Of a stretch of DNA of 54,264 nt, positions 40,401-50,700 are shown piece by piece; the first letter of the stretch is position 1, and every line of letters begins with the position of its first letter. Made by a program: the position numbers and the translations under genes. The stretch is taken from assembly GCA_042584405.1 (NCBI GenBank), contig JBHOSR010000004.1, positions 1 to 54,264 on the forward strand. Direction: 5' to 3'. Source of the stretch: Bacteroidota bacterium (GTDB lineage Bacteria; Bacteroidota; Bacteroidia; Bacteroidales; UBA12077). The notes beneath the pieces are model-generated. The model saw only the letters and a program-made list of their open reading frames with translations, searched no databases and was not told where the DNA came from.

Positions 40401-43400
40401 ATCAGAAACTGGTAATGCTGCTGATGTTAAAATGGCATACAGTTCTACAGGTTCTTCAGACAACTTTGTTGTAATATTTAATGGTGCTAAATATATTACT
40501 TTTAGAAATATGACTCTAGATAATGATGGTGTAAATTATGCAAGAGTATTTAGCAATACCGGTTCACCTGAATACAATACTATTGACAGCTGTATTCTTG
40601 AAGGATCAGGTGCTGCTAATAACAGCCACGAAAGAGCCGTTATATATGCTTATGGTCCAAAACCGAATTACTTTACAATTACGAATAATATTATTAATGC
40701 AGGATCATATGCAATATATCTTAGAGGTCCAAGTGTATCCGATCGTGTTTCAAATCTAACTATTTCAAATAATGAAATAAATGGTGGATATATGGGAATT
40801 TATCTTCTATATTATTATGATTTTGAAATTTCAGAAAATATCGTTAATGATTTTACTCAAAATGGTATTTATATCCAAGAATGCTTTACACCATATTCAA
40901 TTGCAAGTAATAAACTATCTTCAACCAATGTCGCAGAAGCTGGTATAAATATCTATAATTGCAGTGGTACTGGTGATGGAGGTTTAGTATACAATAATTT
41001 TGTACACGTTGAAAGATCAACTGCAATTGTAGGAATATACATATATAGAGGAAACTATTCAAGTGTTTATAATAACAGTGTAAATGTTGTTAGTGCAAAT
41101 TCAGCTAGTAAAGCATTACAATATAATGACTATTACGATTCCGGGGACAATATAATATTTAAAAATAACAATGCTGTAGTTGATGGTCCTGGATATCCTT
41201 TACATACAGACCATGGACCTGCCATTTCAGAATGTGATTATAATAATTATTATACATCAGGATCATACATTGCTCACTGGCATGGTACTAATCATTCAAG
41301 CATAGCTACCTTATCATCAGCAAACAGCATGGATGATTATTCAGTAAACTATAATCCTGTTTACACATCAAGTACTGATTTACACTCAAATTCATACTGG
41401 ATAGATGGTAAAGGAACACCAATTGCCTTGATTGTAACAGATGACATTGATGGAGAAGCTAGAGATGGAGCAAATCCAGATATTGGTGCTGATGAATTTA
41501 CCTCTACCCTGGTACCTTATGGTGGAGAATATACCATTGGTGCTTCAGGTAGATTTGCGACCTTCAATATTGCGATTGACTCATTAGCAGAAAGAGGTGT
41601 TATTGATACTGTTATTTTTAAAGTAGAATCCGGATTTTATACTGAACAGTTCGTAATTCCACAAATAGCAAATGTATCAAGTAATGCAATTATAATTTTT
41701 GAATCAGAAACAGGAAATGCCGCTGATGTAAGTGTAATATTCGATCCTACATCAGGTAATAACTATATTGTTAAATTCGCTGGTGCTGATTATATCACAT
41801 TCAGAAATTTAAATTTCCAATCCGGTACCGATCAATATGCTAGAATTTTTAATTTCTCAGGCAGTTGTGAAAATATTACAATAGCAGATAATATCCTTTC
41901 AGGACGATCAGAGTCAAGTACAGTTGAAAACGATGCTATATTACATACTAATGGAGGTATTTTAAACAATTTGAGTATTACAAATAATACTTTTTCAAAC
42001 GGAAGTTTTGGAATTTTTATTGTTAATAATTCATCATCTCTCGGAACTAATCTGGAAATTTCAAATAATTCGTTTAGTAATTATCATCAAGGTATTTATG
42101 CTAATTGGTTTGTTGCACCAAAAGTGGATAATAATCAAATTGTATTTTTATCTAATGATGGAATGGGGATGAATATTCAAAATTGTTCAAGTGCTGCAAC
42201 ATTTGGTATGTCTATTCAAAACAATCAGATATATTCCGATACTTATGCAAACGATTATGGTGCAATGTATATTAACGCATGTGATGCAAATCCTTCATTT
42301 CCTGGCTTAATAGCTAACAATGTTATGCGAATTGGAATAAATGGTACACGTTCAATAGGTATGGATATTCATGAATCCGATTACTTAAACTTCTATCATA
42401 ATACAGTTAATATAACAGGTAATGCGGCTAATGATCATGCATTTGTTTCATATACCAGTAATGGTATCAATATTGTCAATAATAATTTTGTAATTAAGGG
42501 AGATGTGCTTGATAAAACATCTAGTCATGGTTACCCTATATACATTGCTAGTGGTACTATTGGTACATGCGATTATAATAATTACTATACAGCAGGTAAC
42601 ATTATTGGTTACTGGCTAGGTACAAATTATGGTACCTTGGCAGAATTACAAGCAGGAACCAGTAAAGATGTAAACTCTGTTAACTATTTCCCTGGATTTA
42701 GGGGTACTAATAACTTAAAAATGAAGTCATCATGGTTAGATGGTGCTGGCACACCAATAGCAACGGTAACTGAGGATATTGAAGGTACAACTCGAGATGG
42801 TTCTAATCCTGATATTGGGGCATATGAATACACGGCAACCTTAAATCCAATAGCAGAGGGAACTTATACGGTTGGAACTTTTGGCGGCGATTATCCAAGT
42901 TTGGATTCTTTAGTTTGGACATTAATGGAAGCTGGAATTGCTGGGCCGGTAACGTTTGAATTACTTTCTGGATCGTATACTAATACGAATATCACAATTA
43001 AAGATATTCCAGGAACTAGTTCAACGGATACTGTTGTTATTCAATCACAATCAGGCGATCCTTCTAATACAACTATTTCACATACACAGGAGTCATCTCA
43101 TAATTATATGCTTCGATTTGCAGGAACGGATCACCTTACAATAAAAGATTTGGCATTTAATTCAGGTGGTACCACATATGCCAGAATATTATATTTTGAA
43201 GGTAATTCTCAATATGTTAAAATACTAGGCAATGTCTTTAATGGAGTATCTAGCACAAGTGTAACCAACAATCAGGCAAGTGTTTATATTGCTAATGACT
43301 ATATAGTTGATAATTTGTTGATCAAAGAAAACACTTTTATTGATAATAGTTATGGAGTGTATTTTGGTGGAAATTCTTCTTATAACCATAACAGTATAAA

Positions 43401-46400
43401 AGTAGTAGACAATATATTTAATAATCAGTATAGAAATGTTTATATTCAATACACCAAAAAGCCTTATGTGTATGGTAACCAATTAATAGCAGGTAAACAA
43501 GAAGGGATATATTTATATTATTGTGATGATGATATTAATATTTTAAATAATGAAATTTTTGTTTCTGATGACTCATATTATGCAATTTATCTTAATAATT
43601 GTGACGGTTCTCCATCCAATAAAGGATTAATTGCCAATAATTTTGTAGGTGTTTATGGAGCAGGTGGTACTTATGGCTCTTTTGGTATTAAATTAGATAT
43701 TTCTACCTACCAAAGGGTATATCATAACTCAATTGAAATAACAGGAACAAAGGGTTCTGCATATCATGTATATCAAGGTGGCAATAATGAAGTAGCAAAT
43801 AATGTATTTGTCAATTCAGGAACAACCACTTATTCATATAATATTACAGTTGCATCATCTTTATCTGCTTCTGATTATAATGATTTATACTCTATTGGAA
43901 CTAATTATATTTATTACAATGGAACAAATTATACTACATTAGCTGATTATCAATTAGCAAGTTCATTTGATTTGAATTCTTTAAGTGTTAATCCTGTTTT
44001 CACTTCATCAACAGATTTCCACTTATTAGCAGATTCTGTGGTAGGAGAAGCTGCTCCACTAACATCTGTTGTTCCATTTGATTTTGATGGAGAAACACGT
44101 GATGTAACAGCTCCAGATATGGGTGCAGACGAATTCTCTTGTGCGTTCTTCCCTCCTCCTGTTGTTGAGGATGTAACAGTTTGTACAAGCGATAGTATTC
44201 CAAGTTTATATGCTACTGGTTCAAATATTAAGTGGTATAGCGATCCTGCTTTAACCACTGAGGTATGGAGTGCCAATGAATATGATCCTGGACATACTAC
44301 AGCTGGTGTTTATACTTACTATGTAACTCAATCTGCTATTGGATGTACAAGTAGTGCCGATTCTGTTGTATTGACTATACTACAAGCACCAGTATTATCG
44401 GCAGATATTACACATCTCGATTGCCAGGGAACAGATTATGGTGCAATAAACTTAACTGTTACAGGTAGTACAGCTAGTCCATTTATTTACGAATGGTCTA
44501 ATGAAGAAATTTATGAAGACATAGATGATTTGAATCCAGGAGATTATACCGTTACGGTTGAAGATCTAAACGGATGTACCGAGGTAGATACCTTTACTGT
44601 AACAGCACCTGCTGATATTATTTTAGATATGATAATTGAAGATACCCAATGTGATACTAGTACTGGTAGTGCTACTGTAGTTGCATCGGGTGGTGAGGCA
44701 CCATACGAATATCAATGGACTACAGGGGACACAGTAACCGTAATTGATAACTTATATTCAGGTATTTATGTGGTAACAGTGTCCGATAATCGTGGTTGCG
44801 AAGCAGTTGGAATTGGTACCGTAAGTGATTATGGTGCACCAATAATAGCAGATAGTACGATTATAGATGTTAGTTGTTATGGTAACGAAGATGGTCAAAT
44901 TAGTTTAACTGTATCAACAGATTCAGTTAAATTTGAATGGTCTAATGGAGATACTACCGCAGTCATTAGTGATTTGAGTGCAGGACCATATGAAGTAATT
45001 ATAACTGATACCATTGGTTGCAGAACTGTTGAAAGCTTTATGGTTGATGAACCTGATCCAATAAAAATAGGGCTTAACATTACAGAAACGTCTTGTGGCC
45101 AATCAAATGGAGCAGCTGAGGCTATTGTTACGGGAGGAACAGTGACTACAGATTATATTTATAGTTGGAGTACGGGAGATAATACTTCTGAAATAACAGG
45201 CTTAACTTTAGGTGTGTATAACATCAATGTGATTGATGATAATGGATGTAGCAGAACCAAATACTTCTCAATAAGTGAAATTGGTGCACCAAGCGTAATA
45301 GTAGATTCAATATACCAGGGAACTTGTGGAAACTCAGATGGTGCAATTTATATTTCAGCATATGGCTATTACACAAGTTATACTTATAATTGGTCAAATG
45401 CTTCCACAAATCAGGATTTGATTGGAGTAAATCCTGGAACATATAATGTTACAGTGTCTGATGCCGGAGGATGCGATGCAGTTCAGGTTGCGACCATTGA
45501 AGCAGATCAACCAGAGGTTAATCCAATTTGCATGGTGTCTGTTGATTCAGCTACAAATCATAATGAAGTAATTTGGGAAAAACAATATACAACTGGAGTT
45601 GATCATTATAATATTTATAAGGAAACTACACAAAGTGGTGTTTATGCAAAAGTTGGTGAAGTTCCTGAGGCAAATGAAAGTGTGTTCGAGGATGTGAATT
45701 CAGATGTAATGCAACGTTCATGGAGATATAAAATATCGGTAGTGGATGTTTGCGGAATTGAATCGGAATTAAGCAAAGAACATAAAACAATGCACTTAAC
45801 CATCAATTTAGGTTTAGACAATGCAATCAACTTAATCTGGAATCATTACGAAGGATTTGACTATGAGACCTATTATATTCATAGAAAATCTAACACTGGT
45901 TGGGAATTAATCGATTCTGTTCCAAGTAATCTGAATTCATATACTGATGCAGATCCAATCGCAGATGAAAATCTATACTATATGATTGAGATCAAGCATC
46001 CAACTGGAGGATGTGATCCAGCTGCTAAAGCAAGACGAAGTTCTTCGAGATCCAATATTACAAATCCTGTACAAGCTGCACCAGACGAAGAAGCACCTAC
46101 TGCACCAACATCTTTGGAAACAACTGCAATAACAGATACCACAATAAGTTTAAGATGGGTATCATCAACCGATAATGTTGAAGTAACTGCTTACGAGGTA
46201 TACGTAGATGGTACATTAGAAGATGAATTAACTGATACAATATATGAATTAGATAGTTTAACGCCAGGTACAACTTATGCAATTTATGTAAAAGCTAAAG
46301 ATGCAGCCGGCAATCTTTCTGCTGCAAGTAATACTATAAATCCAGCTACTACATCTCCTTCTGGTATTGGACCTCTCACTGATACAGGTATTAAAAATAT

Positions 46401-46644
46401 AAATCTGTATCCAAATCCAAATCAGGGTGAATTTATTATAAATATTGAAACTTCAGAAAAGCGTGAAGTTTGGTATGAAATATTTACAATAAATGGCAGA
46501 CTTGTAACAAATGAATACATAGGATTTATTTTAGGCGAGTATGAGAGTAAAGTTGATATGTCGGATCAAGGCGATGGAATGTATATAATGAAGATATATA
46601 CCAATAAAGGAATACAAGTTGAAAGAATTCTTCTAAGTAAATAG
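37495..46644 (+). CDS. Giant T9SS-secreted surface protein: five beta-helix modules, Ig-like, SprB repeats, FN3, type A CTD
   Basis: Signal peptide; five modules ending (P)D/S-I/V/M-GA-D/Y-E/Q-Y/F; SprB-type C.G...G.I....GG..PY.Y.WS...D.NGC; FN3 DEEAPTAPT...LTPGTTY...DAAGN; LYPNPNQG CTD. Confidence 0.9.
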   Translation: MKKSTLVSKWIFFVLVLNLIFSINVFSQLISGTHYIGPGQEYETINEAVDSLESIGVDGPTIMKIKSGTYNEQVKILSISGTSPTNTVTFESEAQHVDSVSVFWNASTESGYNYVFFFGNCDYVTVQYMKISNTSAAAFNRVFFLNGDDCFGNKIKYNQLIGKSTTSSSNEYAVIYMYTDYIDETEIIGNDIVDGSYPVYLYGNTKISNDVKVNYNKTNSYYGMYLWKQNNIEVIGNEINSSYGNGIELRECHTSASGAITVLNNKVSAYHASAHAGIYLNNSDGSGAFSGLIANNVVFVTNNDDADANTGINLTSSDYHDVFHNTVYLKNSNSTGCAFYANGGGNIVVKNNLFAVRYHGYALNSNNGTNITASDYNNFYTSGNYLAYWGGAVKELADLQGVGYDASSKAWYPSFLSIDNISGLIPQTHWIDDMGDDLTGTIDYDIDSVARPTSPSVGAYQYTASNTTTYSGPLTIQAAAGTFTSFSEAADSLNKLGVSGAVTISVETNTYNENFFLIDIPGVSAANTITFQSATGDSTDVTVEYSSPSSTDNYVVYLNGTDYITFKEMSFRNTGATYARIFRMNGLAHDITITNNVFIGSGNAASSTDRAIISSTNDNLDNLTITNNSFTDGDRGVNLSGISEADRTSGLLISNNQFSGHRTNIGVSNQTDFEISDNLCEDFTYGGITTTNCSSPYKIHSNQVYSDVNLDNYANAISTYNNVGSGDGGLIYNNFVYIEDNDDMRGIRLYSSGNQSVYNNSVNVVSSNANSKAFFYDWSASHSNNIIKNNNFVVKGSGYPMYLENPDLAVSECDYNNYYTSGSYLVHWDGTNYGNLTSLNGATGEDANSVNYYHGYFSDTDLHTNSPWLDSAGVALAGLVDVDIDGDVRDATYPDIGADEYSSTVKPYAGEYTIGATGDFLTFNEALDSLIERGVNDTVIFKVQTGTYTENLAIPFISGISSTSPIIFESETGNAADVKMAYSSTGSSDNFVVIFNGAKYITFRNMTLDNDGVNYARVFSNTGSPEYNTIDSCILEGSGAANNSHERAVIYAYGPKPNYFTITNNIINAGSYAIYLRGPSVSDRVSNLTISNNEINGGYMGIYLLYYYDFEISENIVNDFTQNGIYIQECFTPYSIASNKLSSTNVAEAGINIYNCSGTGDGGLVYNNFVHVERSTAIVGIYIYRGNYSSVYNNSVNVVSANSASKALQYNDYYDSGDNIIFKNNNAVVDGPGYPLHTDHGPAISECDYNNYYTSGSYIAHWHGTNHSSIATLSSANSMDDYSVNYNPVYTSSTDLHSNSYWIDGKGTPIALIVTDDIDGEARDGANPDIGADEFTSTLVPYGGEYTIGASGRFATFNIAIDSLAERGVIDTVIFKVESGFYTEQFVIPQIANVSSNAIIIFESETGNAADVSVIFDPTSGNNYIVKFAGADYITFRNLNFQSGTDQYARIFNFSGSCENITIADNILSGRSESSTVENDAILHTNGGILNNLSITNNTFSNGSFGIFIVNNSSSLGTNLEISNNSFSNYHQGIYANWFVAPKVDNNQIVFLSNDGMGMNIQNCSSAATFGMSIQNNQIYSDTYANDYGAMYINACDANPSFPGLIANNVMRIGINGTRSIGMDIHESDYLNFYHNTVNITGNAANDHAFVSYTSNGINIVNNNFVIKGDVLDKTSSHGYPIYIASGTIGTCDYNNYYTAGNIIGYWLGTNYGTLAELQAGTSKDVNSVNYFPGFRGTNNLKMKSSWLDGAGTPIATVTEDIEGTTRDGSNPDIGAYEYTATLNPIAEGTYTVGTFGGDYPSLDSLVWTLMEAGIAGPVTFELLSGSYTNTNITIKDIPGTSSTDTVVIQSQSGDPSNTTISHTQESSHNYMLRFAGTDHLTIKDLAFNSGGTTYARILYFEGNSQYVKILGNVFNGVSSTSVTNNQASVYIANDYIVDNLLIKENTFIDNSYGVYFGGNSSYNHNSIKVVDNIFNNQYRNVYIQYTKKPYVYGNQLIAGKQEGIYLYYCDDDINILNNEIFVSDDSYYAIYLNNCDGSPSNKGLIANNFVGVYGAGGTYGSFGIKLDISTYQRVYHNSIEITGTKGSAYHVYQGGNNEVANNVFVNSGTTTYSYNITVASSLSASDYNDLYSIGTNYIYYNGTNYTTLADYQLASSFDLNSLSVNPVFTSSTDFHLLADSVVGEAAPLTSVVPFDFDGETRDVTAPDMGADEFSCAFFPPPVVEDVTVCTSDSIPSLYATGSNIKWYSDPALTTEVWSANEYDPGHTTAGVYTYYVTQSAIGCTSSADSVVLTILQAPVLSADITHLDCQGTDYGAINLTVTGSTASPFIYEWSNEEIYEDIDDLNPGDYTVTVEDLNGCTEVDTFTVTAPADIILDMIIEDTQCDTSTGSATVVASGGEAPYEYQWTTGDTVTVIDNLYSGIYVVTVSDNRGCEAVGIGTVSDYGAPIIADSTIIDVSCYGNEDGQISLTVSTDSVKFEWSNGDTTAVISDLSAGPYEVIITDTIGCRTVESFMVDEPDPIKIGLNITETSCGQSNGAAEAIVTGGTVTTDYIYSWSTGDNTSEITGLTLGVYNINVIDDNGCSRTKYFSISEIGAPSVIVDSIYQGTCGNSDGAIYISAYGYYTSYTYNWSNASTNQDLIGVNPGTYNVTVSDAGGCDAVQVATIEADQPEVNPICMVSVDSATNHNEVIWEKQYTTGVDHYNIYKETTQSGVYAKVGEVPEANESVFEDVNSDVMQRSWRYKISVVDVCGIESELSKEHKTMHLTINLGLDNAINLIWNHYEGFDYETYYIHRKSNTGWELIDSVPSNLNSYTDADPIADENLYYMIEIKHPTGGCDPAAKARRSSSRSNITNPVQAAPDEEAPTAPTSLETTAITDTTISLRWVSSTDNVEVTAYEVYVDGTLEDELTDTIYELDSLTPGTTYAIYVKAKDAAGNLSAASNTINPATTSPSGIGPLTDTGIKNINLYPNPNQGEFIINIETSEKREVWYEIFTINGRLVTNEYIGFILGEYESKVDMSDQGDGMYIMKIYTNKGIQVERILLSK

Positions 46645-46657
46645 CAAATAGCTCTGC

Positions 46658-46700
46658 AAGGCAAAACTCAAAAGAATTCCTTTTGAGTTTTGCCTTTTTA
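46658..46700 (+). terminator. Intrinsic terminator
   Basis: 17-bp stem AAGGCAAAACTCAAAAG / CTTTTGAGTTTTGCCTT plus T tract. Confidence 0.85.
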
Positions 46701-46719
46701 TTAACTTAAATTAAATATT

Positions 46720-49700
46720 ATGAGATCCCAAAGATTATACTTCATATTCATCAAGCTATTATTAATTCTTATATTTTCTGAGATTAATTATACTTCAAGC
46801 GCCCAGTTTTCTGAAGAAGCGGGATTTTTCCCAATAACAAATTTTACTCCTGAAGATTATGGTAATGCATTGCCTCAGAACTGGGATATTGTTCAGGATA
46901 AAAGAGGTGTAATGTATTTTGCTAATAATGAGTGCGTTTTGGAATATGACGGTATTCGTTGGAAACGATACAATGTTACCAATGAAACAGCTGTACAATC
47001 ATTAGCTATCGATAAAAACGATAGAATATATGTAGGTGCTATCAATGAATTTGGATACCTTGCTCCTAACTCGTTGGGTGATTTAGAATACGTTTCATTG
47101 CTGCCGAACATTGAAAATAGTTTGAGATTTTTTAATGAGATAAGAAATATATGTATTAATTCAGAAGGTGTTTATTTTCAATCCAATAGTCATATCTTTT
47201 TTTGGAATGGTGAAAAAATGGATTTTTGGCTTGCTGGCGATAATTATTTTCATACTTCTTTTCTAATTAATGATAAGCTAATCATTAATATAAGTGGTAA
47301 AGGGCTTCATGCAATATTAGATAATGAATTAATAAAACTTAAAAAAACCGAAGCTTTAGTAGATAAAGCGATTTTTTCAATTATTCCTTATGAGAAAGAC
47401 AATTTTTTGCTTGTAACAAAAAGTAATGGTTTTTATAAGGCTAAATTTAATGATACAATGACTGAGATTAATGTATCACCTCTTGATGAACATAACCAAG
47501 AAATATTAAAGGACTATTTACTTTATAATGCCATTAAAATAAGTGATAATACTTATTCAATTGGAACCTGGGGCTCCGGATTATTAATATATCAAAATGG
47601 TCAAATTGTACAGTTAATAACCAAGAAGTCAGGTTTGGGTGACGAAGTTATTAATAACCAGTTTTTAGATAAAGACAATAATTTATGGTTAGCTCTTTCG
47701 GATGGTATTACAAAAATTGAGATTAAATCTCCCCTAACAACTTTTACAGAAGAACTTGGGGTAGATGGAACCATTGAGGCCATTGCCAGGTTTAATAAGA
47801 ATTTATATTTAGCAACAGAAAGAGGTTTACTTCTTTTATTGGATGAATGGTCGGATTCGAAAAAGATATATGAACAAAACAAATTTAAAAAGATTGCAAA
47901 GTTTGAAGGTGGACTTTGGGACTTAATGGATTACAATGTTGATGGAGAGAACTATTTGTTAATAGCTTCAAATGAAGGTATTATTCAAATGGATAAACAT
48001 CAAAATTTTAATTTATTTCATAGTTGTTATCCATGGAGAATGTATCAGTCCCAACAGAATCCACATAGGGTTTATATTGGAACAGACTATGGATTAATTT
48101 CAATTATAAGAAAAAATAGGAAATGGAATGTTGAGTATGAATTTCCGCAAATTGATGAAGTGGTAATTTCGATTTGCGAAGATGATAAAGGTAACTTATG
48201 GTTAGGAACATACGGCATGGGAGTCTTATACCTTGAATTTGCTACTAAAAATAGTTTTAAAGGCATCAAGGTTAATCGCTATAATGCAAGTAATGGATTA
48301 CCAGAAAATTGCGATTTTCAAGTTACTTATTTTGACGATAAAGTACTTTTCGGAACCGATCAGGGAATATTTGAGCAGTTTGAAAATACAGATTCATTTG
48401 CTATTTCAAAACGTTTTCCACCTGAACTAACAAGCAAGGACAGGATTATAACCAAAATGAAACCGGATAAATACGGGAAATTATGGATTACGACCTTTAT
48501 ACAATCTCAGCGAATGATAGAAGCAGGATATGTACTCAAGGATAGTTCTGGCTATAAATGGATTGAGACACCTTTTAATACTATTGCTCAAGGGGATTTA
48601 TTTTCGATTCATTTCGATGAAGATGATATTGTGTGGATTGGAGGTAGTGAAGGACTTTATCGTTATGATCCAAGTGTTAAGAAGAACTATCAAAAAGATT
48701 TTGCAGCATTAATAAGATTAAACATTATTGGTGAAGATTCAACTATCTTTTTTGGATCATATTTTGATGAAAATGGTTATGTAACGACCATTCAACCCTC
48801 TGTTTTAAAACCAATCTTAAAATATAGATATAACTCGTTGGAATTTGAATTTGCAGCTCAAAATACTGAAATAGAATATCCTATTCTTTTTAGTTATTAT
48901 CTGGAGGGATATGACAAAAAATGGAGTGAATGGTCCGAAGAAGCTAAAAGATATTATACCAATTTAAACCAGGGTGATTATGTATTTAGAGTAAAAGCAA
49001 AGAATGTATACGAACATGAAAGCGAAGAAGCTGCATATGAATTTAGTATAAAACCACCATGGTATCAAACTATTGTTGCCTACATCTCCTATTTCTTTGC
49101 TCTGCTTGCTTTAATTTACGTTATTGTAACCCAATATACCAAATACTTAAGGGGAGTTATAAAGTTAAAAACAAAGGAGATAAGACATCAAAAAGAGGTT
49201 GTTGAGCAGAAAAACGAAGAAATAATGGATAGCATAAAATATGCTAAGAGAATACAAACAGCCTTACTCCCTCCTAAAGAAATTTTGGAAGAATCCGATA
49301 CAGATCATTTTATTTTATTTAAACCGCGCGATATTGTAAGTGGCGACTTCTACTGGTTTAGAAAAATTGGCGATTTAATTGTTATTGCTGCAGCCGATTG
49401 TACAGGACATGGTGTTCCAGGGGCCTTTGTGAGTATGCTGGGAATGGCATTCCTTAATGAAATATCGGTTGAAATTAAAGAAGTAAAAGCCGACAAAATA
49501 CTTAATTTCTTACGTGCATTAGTTATTAAATCGCTTCGACAAACCGGTAAGGAAGGAGAATCGAAAGACGGTATGGATATAGCTTTATATGTTATTGATA
49601 AAAAGAATATGAAATTGCAGTTTGCAGGTGCTAATAATCCATTAGTTATTATTAGAGATGGTGAAATAATACAGATTAAAGGTGATCGTATGCCAATAGG

Positions 49701-49974
49701 TTACCACATTATTATGGATGAATTTAAAAACAATGAGATTGATTTACAAAAAGGTGATATGATGTATACCTTTTCTGATGGTTATCAAGATCAGTTTGGA
49801 GGTGAAAAAGGCTCTAAGTTTATGATTAAAAAAATGAAACAATTAATGGTAGAAAAATGTCACCTGCCTGTCGAAGAACAGCATAAATTTTTCGATGAAA
49901 CAATTGAAGAATGGAAAAGAATTGGCAATGAAGAACAAATAGATGATATAATTTTATTAGGTGTTAGGATATAA
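46720..49974 (+). CDS. Second sensor phosphatase (propeller/Y_Y_Y, TM, SpoIIE/PP2C)
   Basis: QNWDIVQD..G.MYFAN, YYLEGYDKKWSEW...YTNL..GDY.F.V, IVSGDFY, ADCTGHGVPGA, DGMD, SDGYQDQFGG, QIDDI. Confidence 0.92.
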   Translation: MRSQRLYFIFIKLLLILIFSEINYTSSAQFSEEAGFFPITNFTPEDYGNALPQNWDIVQDKRGVMYFANNECVLEYDGIRWKRYNVTNETAVQSLAIDKNDRIYVGAINEFGYLAPNSLGDLEYVSLLPNIENSLRFFNEIRNICINSEGVYFQSNSHIFFWNGEKMDFWLAGDNYFHTSFLINDKLIINISGKGLHAILDNELIKLKKTEALVDKAIFSIIPYEKDNFLLVTKSNGFYKAKFNDTMTEINVSPLDEHNQEILKDYLLYNAIKISDNTYSIGTWGSGLLIYQNGQIVQLITKKSGLGDEVINNQFLDKDNNLWLALSDGITKIEIKSPLTTFTEELGVDGTIEAIARFNKNLYLATERGLLLLLDEWSDSKKIYEQNKFKKIAKFEGGLWDLMDYNVDGENYLLIASNEGIIQMDKHQNFNLFHSCYPWRMYQSQQNPHRVYIGTDYGLISIIRKNRKWNVEYEFPQIDEVVISICEDDKGNLWLGTYGMGVLYLEFATKNSFKGIKVNRYNASNGLPENCDFQVTYFDDKVLFGTDQGIFEQFENTDSFAISKRFPPELTSKDRIITKMKPDKYGKLWITTFIQSQRMIEAGYVLKDSSGYKWIETPFNTIAQGDLFSIHFDEDDIVWIGGSEGLYRYDPSVKKNYQKDFAALIRLNIIGEDSTIFFGSYFDENGYVTTIQPSVLKPILKYRYNSLEFEFAAQNTEIEYPILFSYYLEGYDKKWSEWSEEAKRYYTNLNQGDYVFRVKAKNVYEHESEEAAYEFSIKPPWYQTIVAYISYFFALLALIYVIVTQYTKYLRGVIKLKTKEIRHQKEVVEQKNEEIMDSIKYAKRIQTALLPPKEILEESDTDHFILFKPRDIVSGDFYWFRKIGDLIVIAAADCTGHGVPGAFVSMLGMAFLNEISVEIKEVKADKILNFLRALVIKSLRQTGKEGESKDGMDIALYVIDKKNMKLQFAGANNPLVIIRDGEIIQIKGDRMPIGYHIIMDEFKNNEIDLQKGDMMYTFSDGYQDQFGGEKGSKFMIKKMKQLMVEKCHLPVEEQHKFFDETIEEWKRIGNEEQIDDIILLGVRI

Positions 49975-49992
49975 TCGCTATGTCTTTGTTTT

Positions 49993-50023
49993 AAGCTCCT
50001 TAAATTATTAAGGAGCTTTTTTT
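49993..50023 (+). terminator. Intrinsic terminator
   Basis: AAGCTCCTTAA-ATTA-TTAAGGAGCTT plus T tract, between convergent genes. Confidence 0.8.
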
Positions 50024-50633
50024 ATTTCAGTTTATCCTTAAAAACCTTTTTAAATTTATCCATTTTAGGTGTAATTACAAACAAACAATAAGGTTGTGTT
50101 TTATTATTATCGTAATACTCCTGGTGATAGTCTTCTGCTTTAAAAAATTCTTCGAATTCAGAAATTTCTGTGACTATTGGATTGTTAAAAACTCCAGCTT
50201 TGTCTAATTTAGTTTTATACGTTTCAGCTAATTCTTTTTGCTCTCTGTTGTGATAAAAAACAGCAGACCTATATTGTGTTCCAACATCAGCACCTTGCCT
50301 ATTTAACGTGGTTGGATCATGTATTTGCCAGAATACCTCTAACAATTCTGTGTAGCTTATTATTTCAGGATTAAAAGTAACTTGGATTACTTCAGCATGG
50401 CCAGTTTTTTCGGTACAAACTTCTTTATATGTGGGATTTTTAACCGATCCTCCAGAATAACCAGAAACAGCTGATTCTACCCCGTTAAGCTGTTGAAAAA
50501 TAGCTTCTGTACACCAAAAACATCCCGATCCGAAAGTTGCTATTTCCATAGTTTTATTGTTTTGTGAATGTATTTCTTGTTCTAAAACGAAGACAAGAAA
50601 CATAGTAAGTATTAAACTGTATTGTTTCATCAT
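50022..50633 (-). CDS. msrA: Peptide-methionine (S)-S-oxide reductase with signal peptide
   Basis: GSGCFWC, GYSGG, TGHAEV, HDPTTLNRQGADVGTQYRS, AEDYHQ. Confidence 0.95.
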   Translation of the reverse strand: MMKQYSLILTMFLVFVLEQEIHSQNNKTMEIATFGSGCFWCTEAIFQQLNGVESAVSGYSGGSVKNPTYKEVCTEKTGHAEVIQVTFNPEIISYTELLEVFWQIHDPTTLNRQGADVGTQYRSAVFYHNREQKELAETYKTKLDKAGVFNNPIVTEISEFEEFFKAEDYHQEYYDNNKTQPYCLFVITPKMDKFKKVFKDKLK

Positions 50634-50700
50634 ATTTTTTCATATTAACAAGATAATCGCATATAATGTTTATGCAATAGTTTGTATTTTTATAGTTTGA

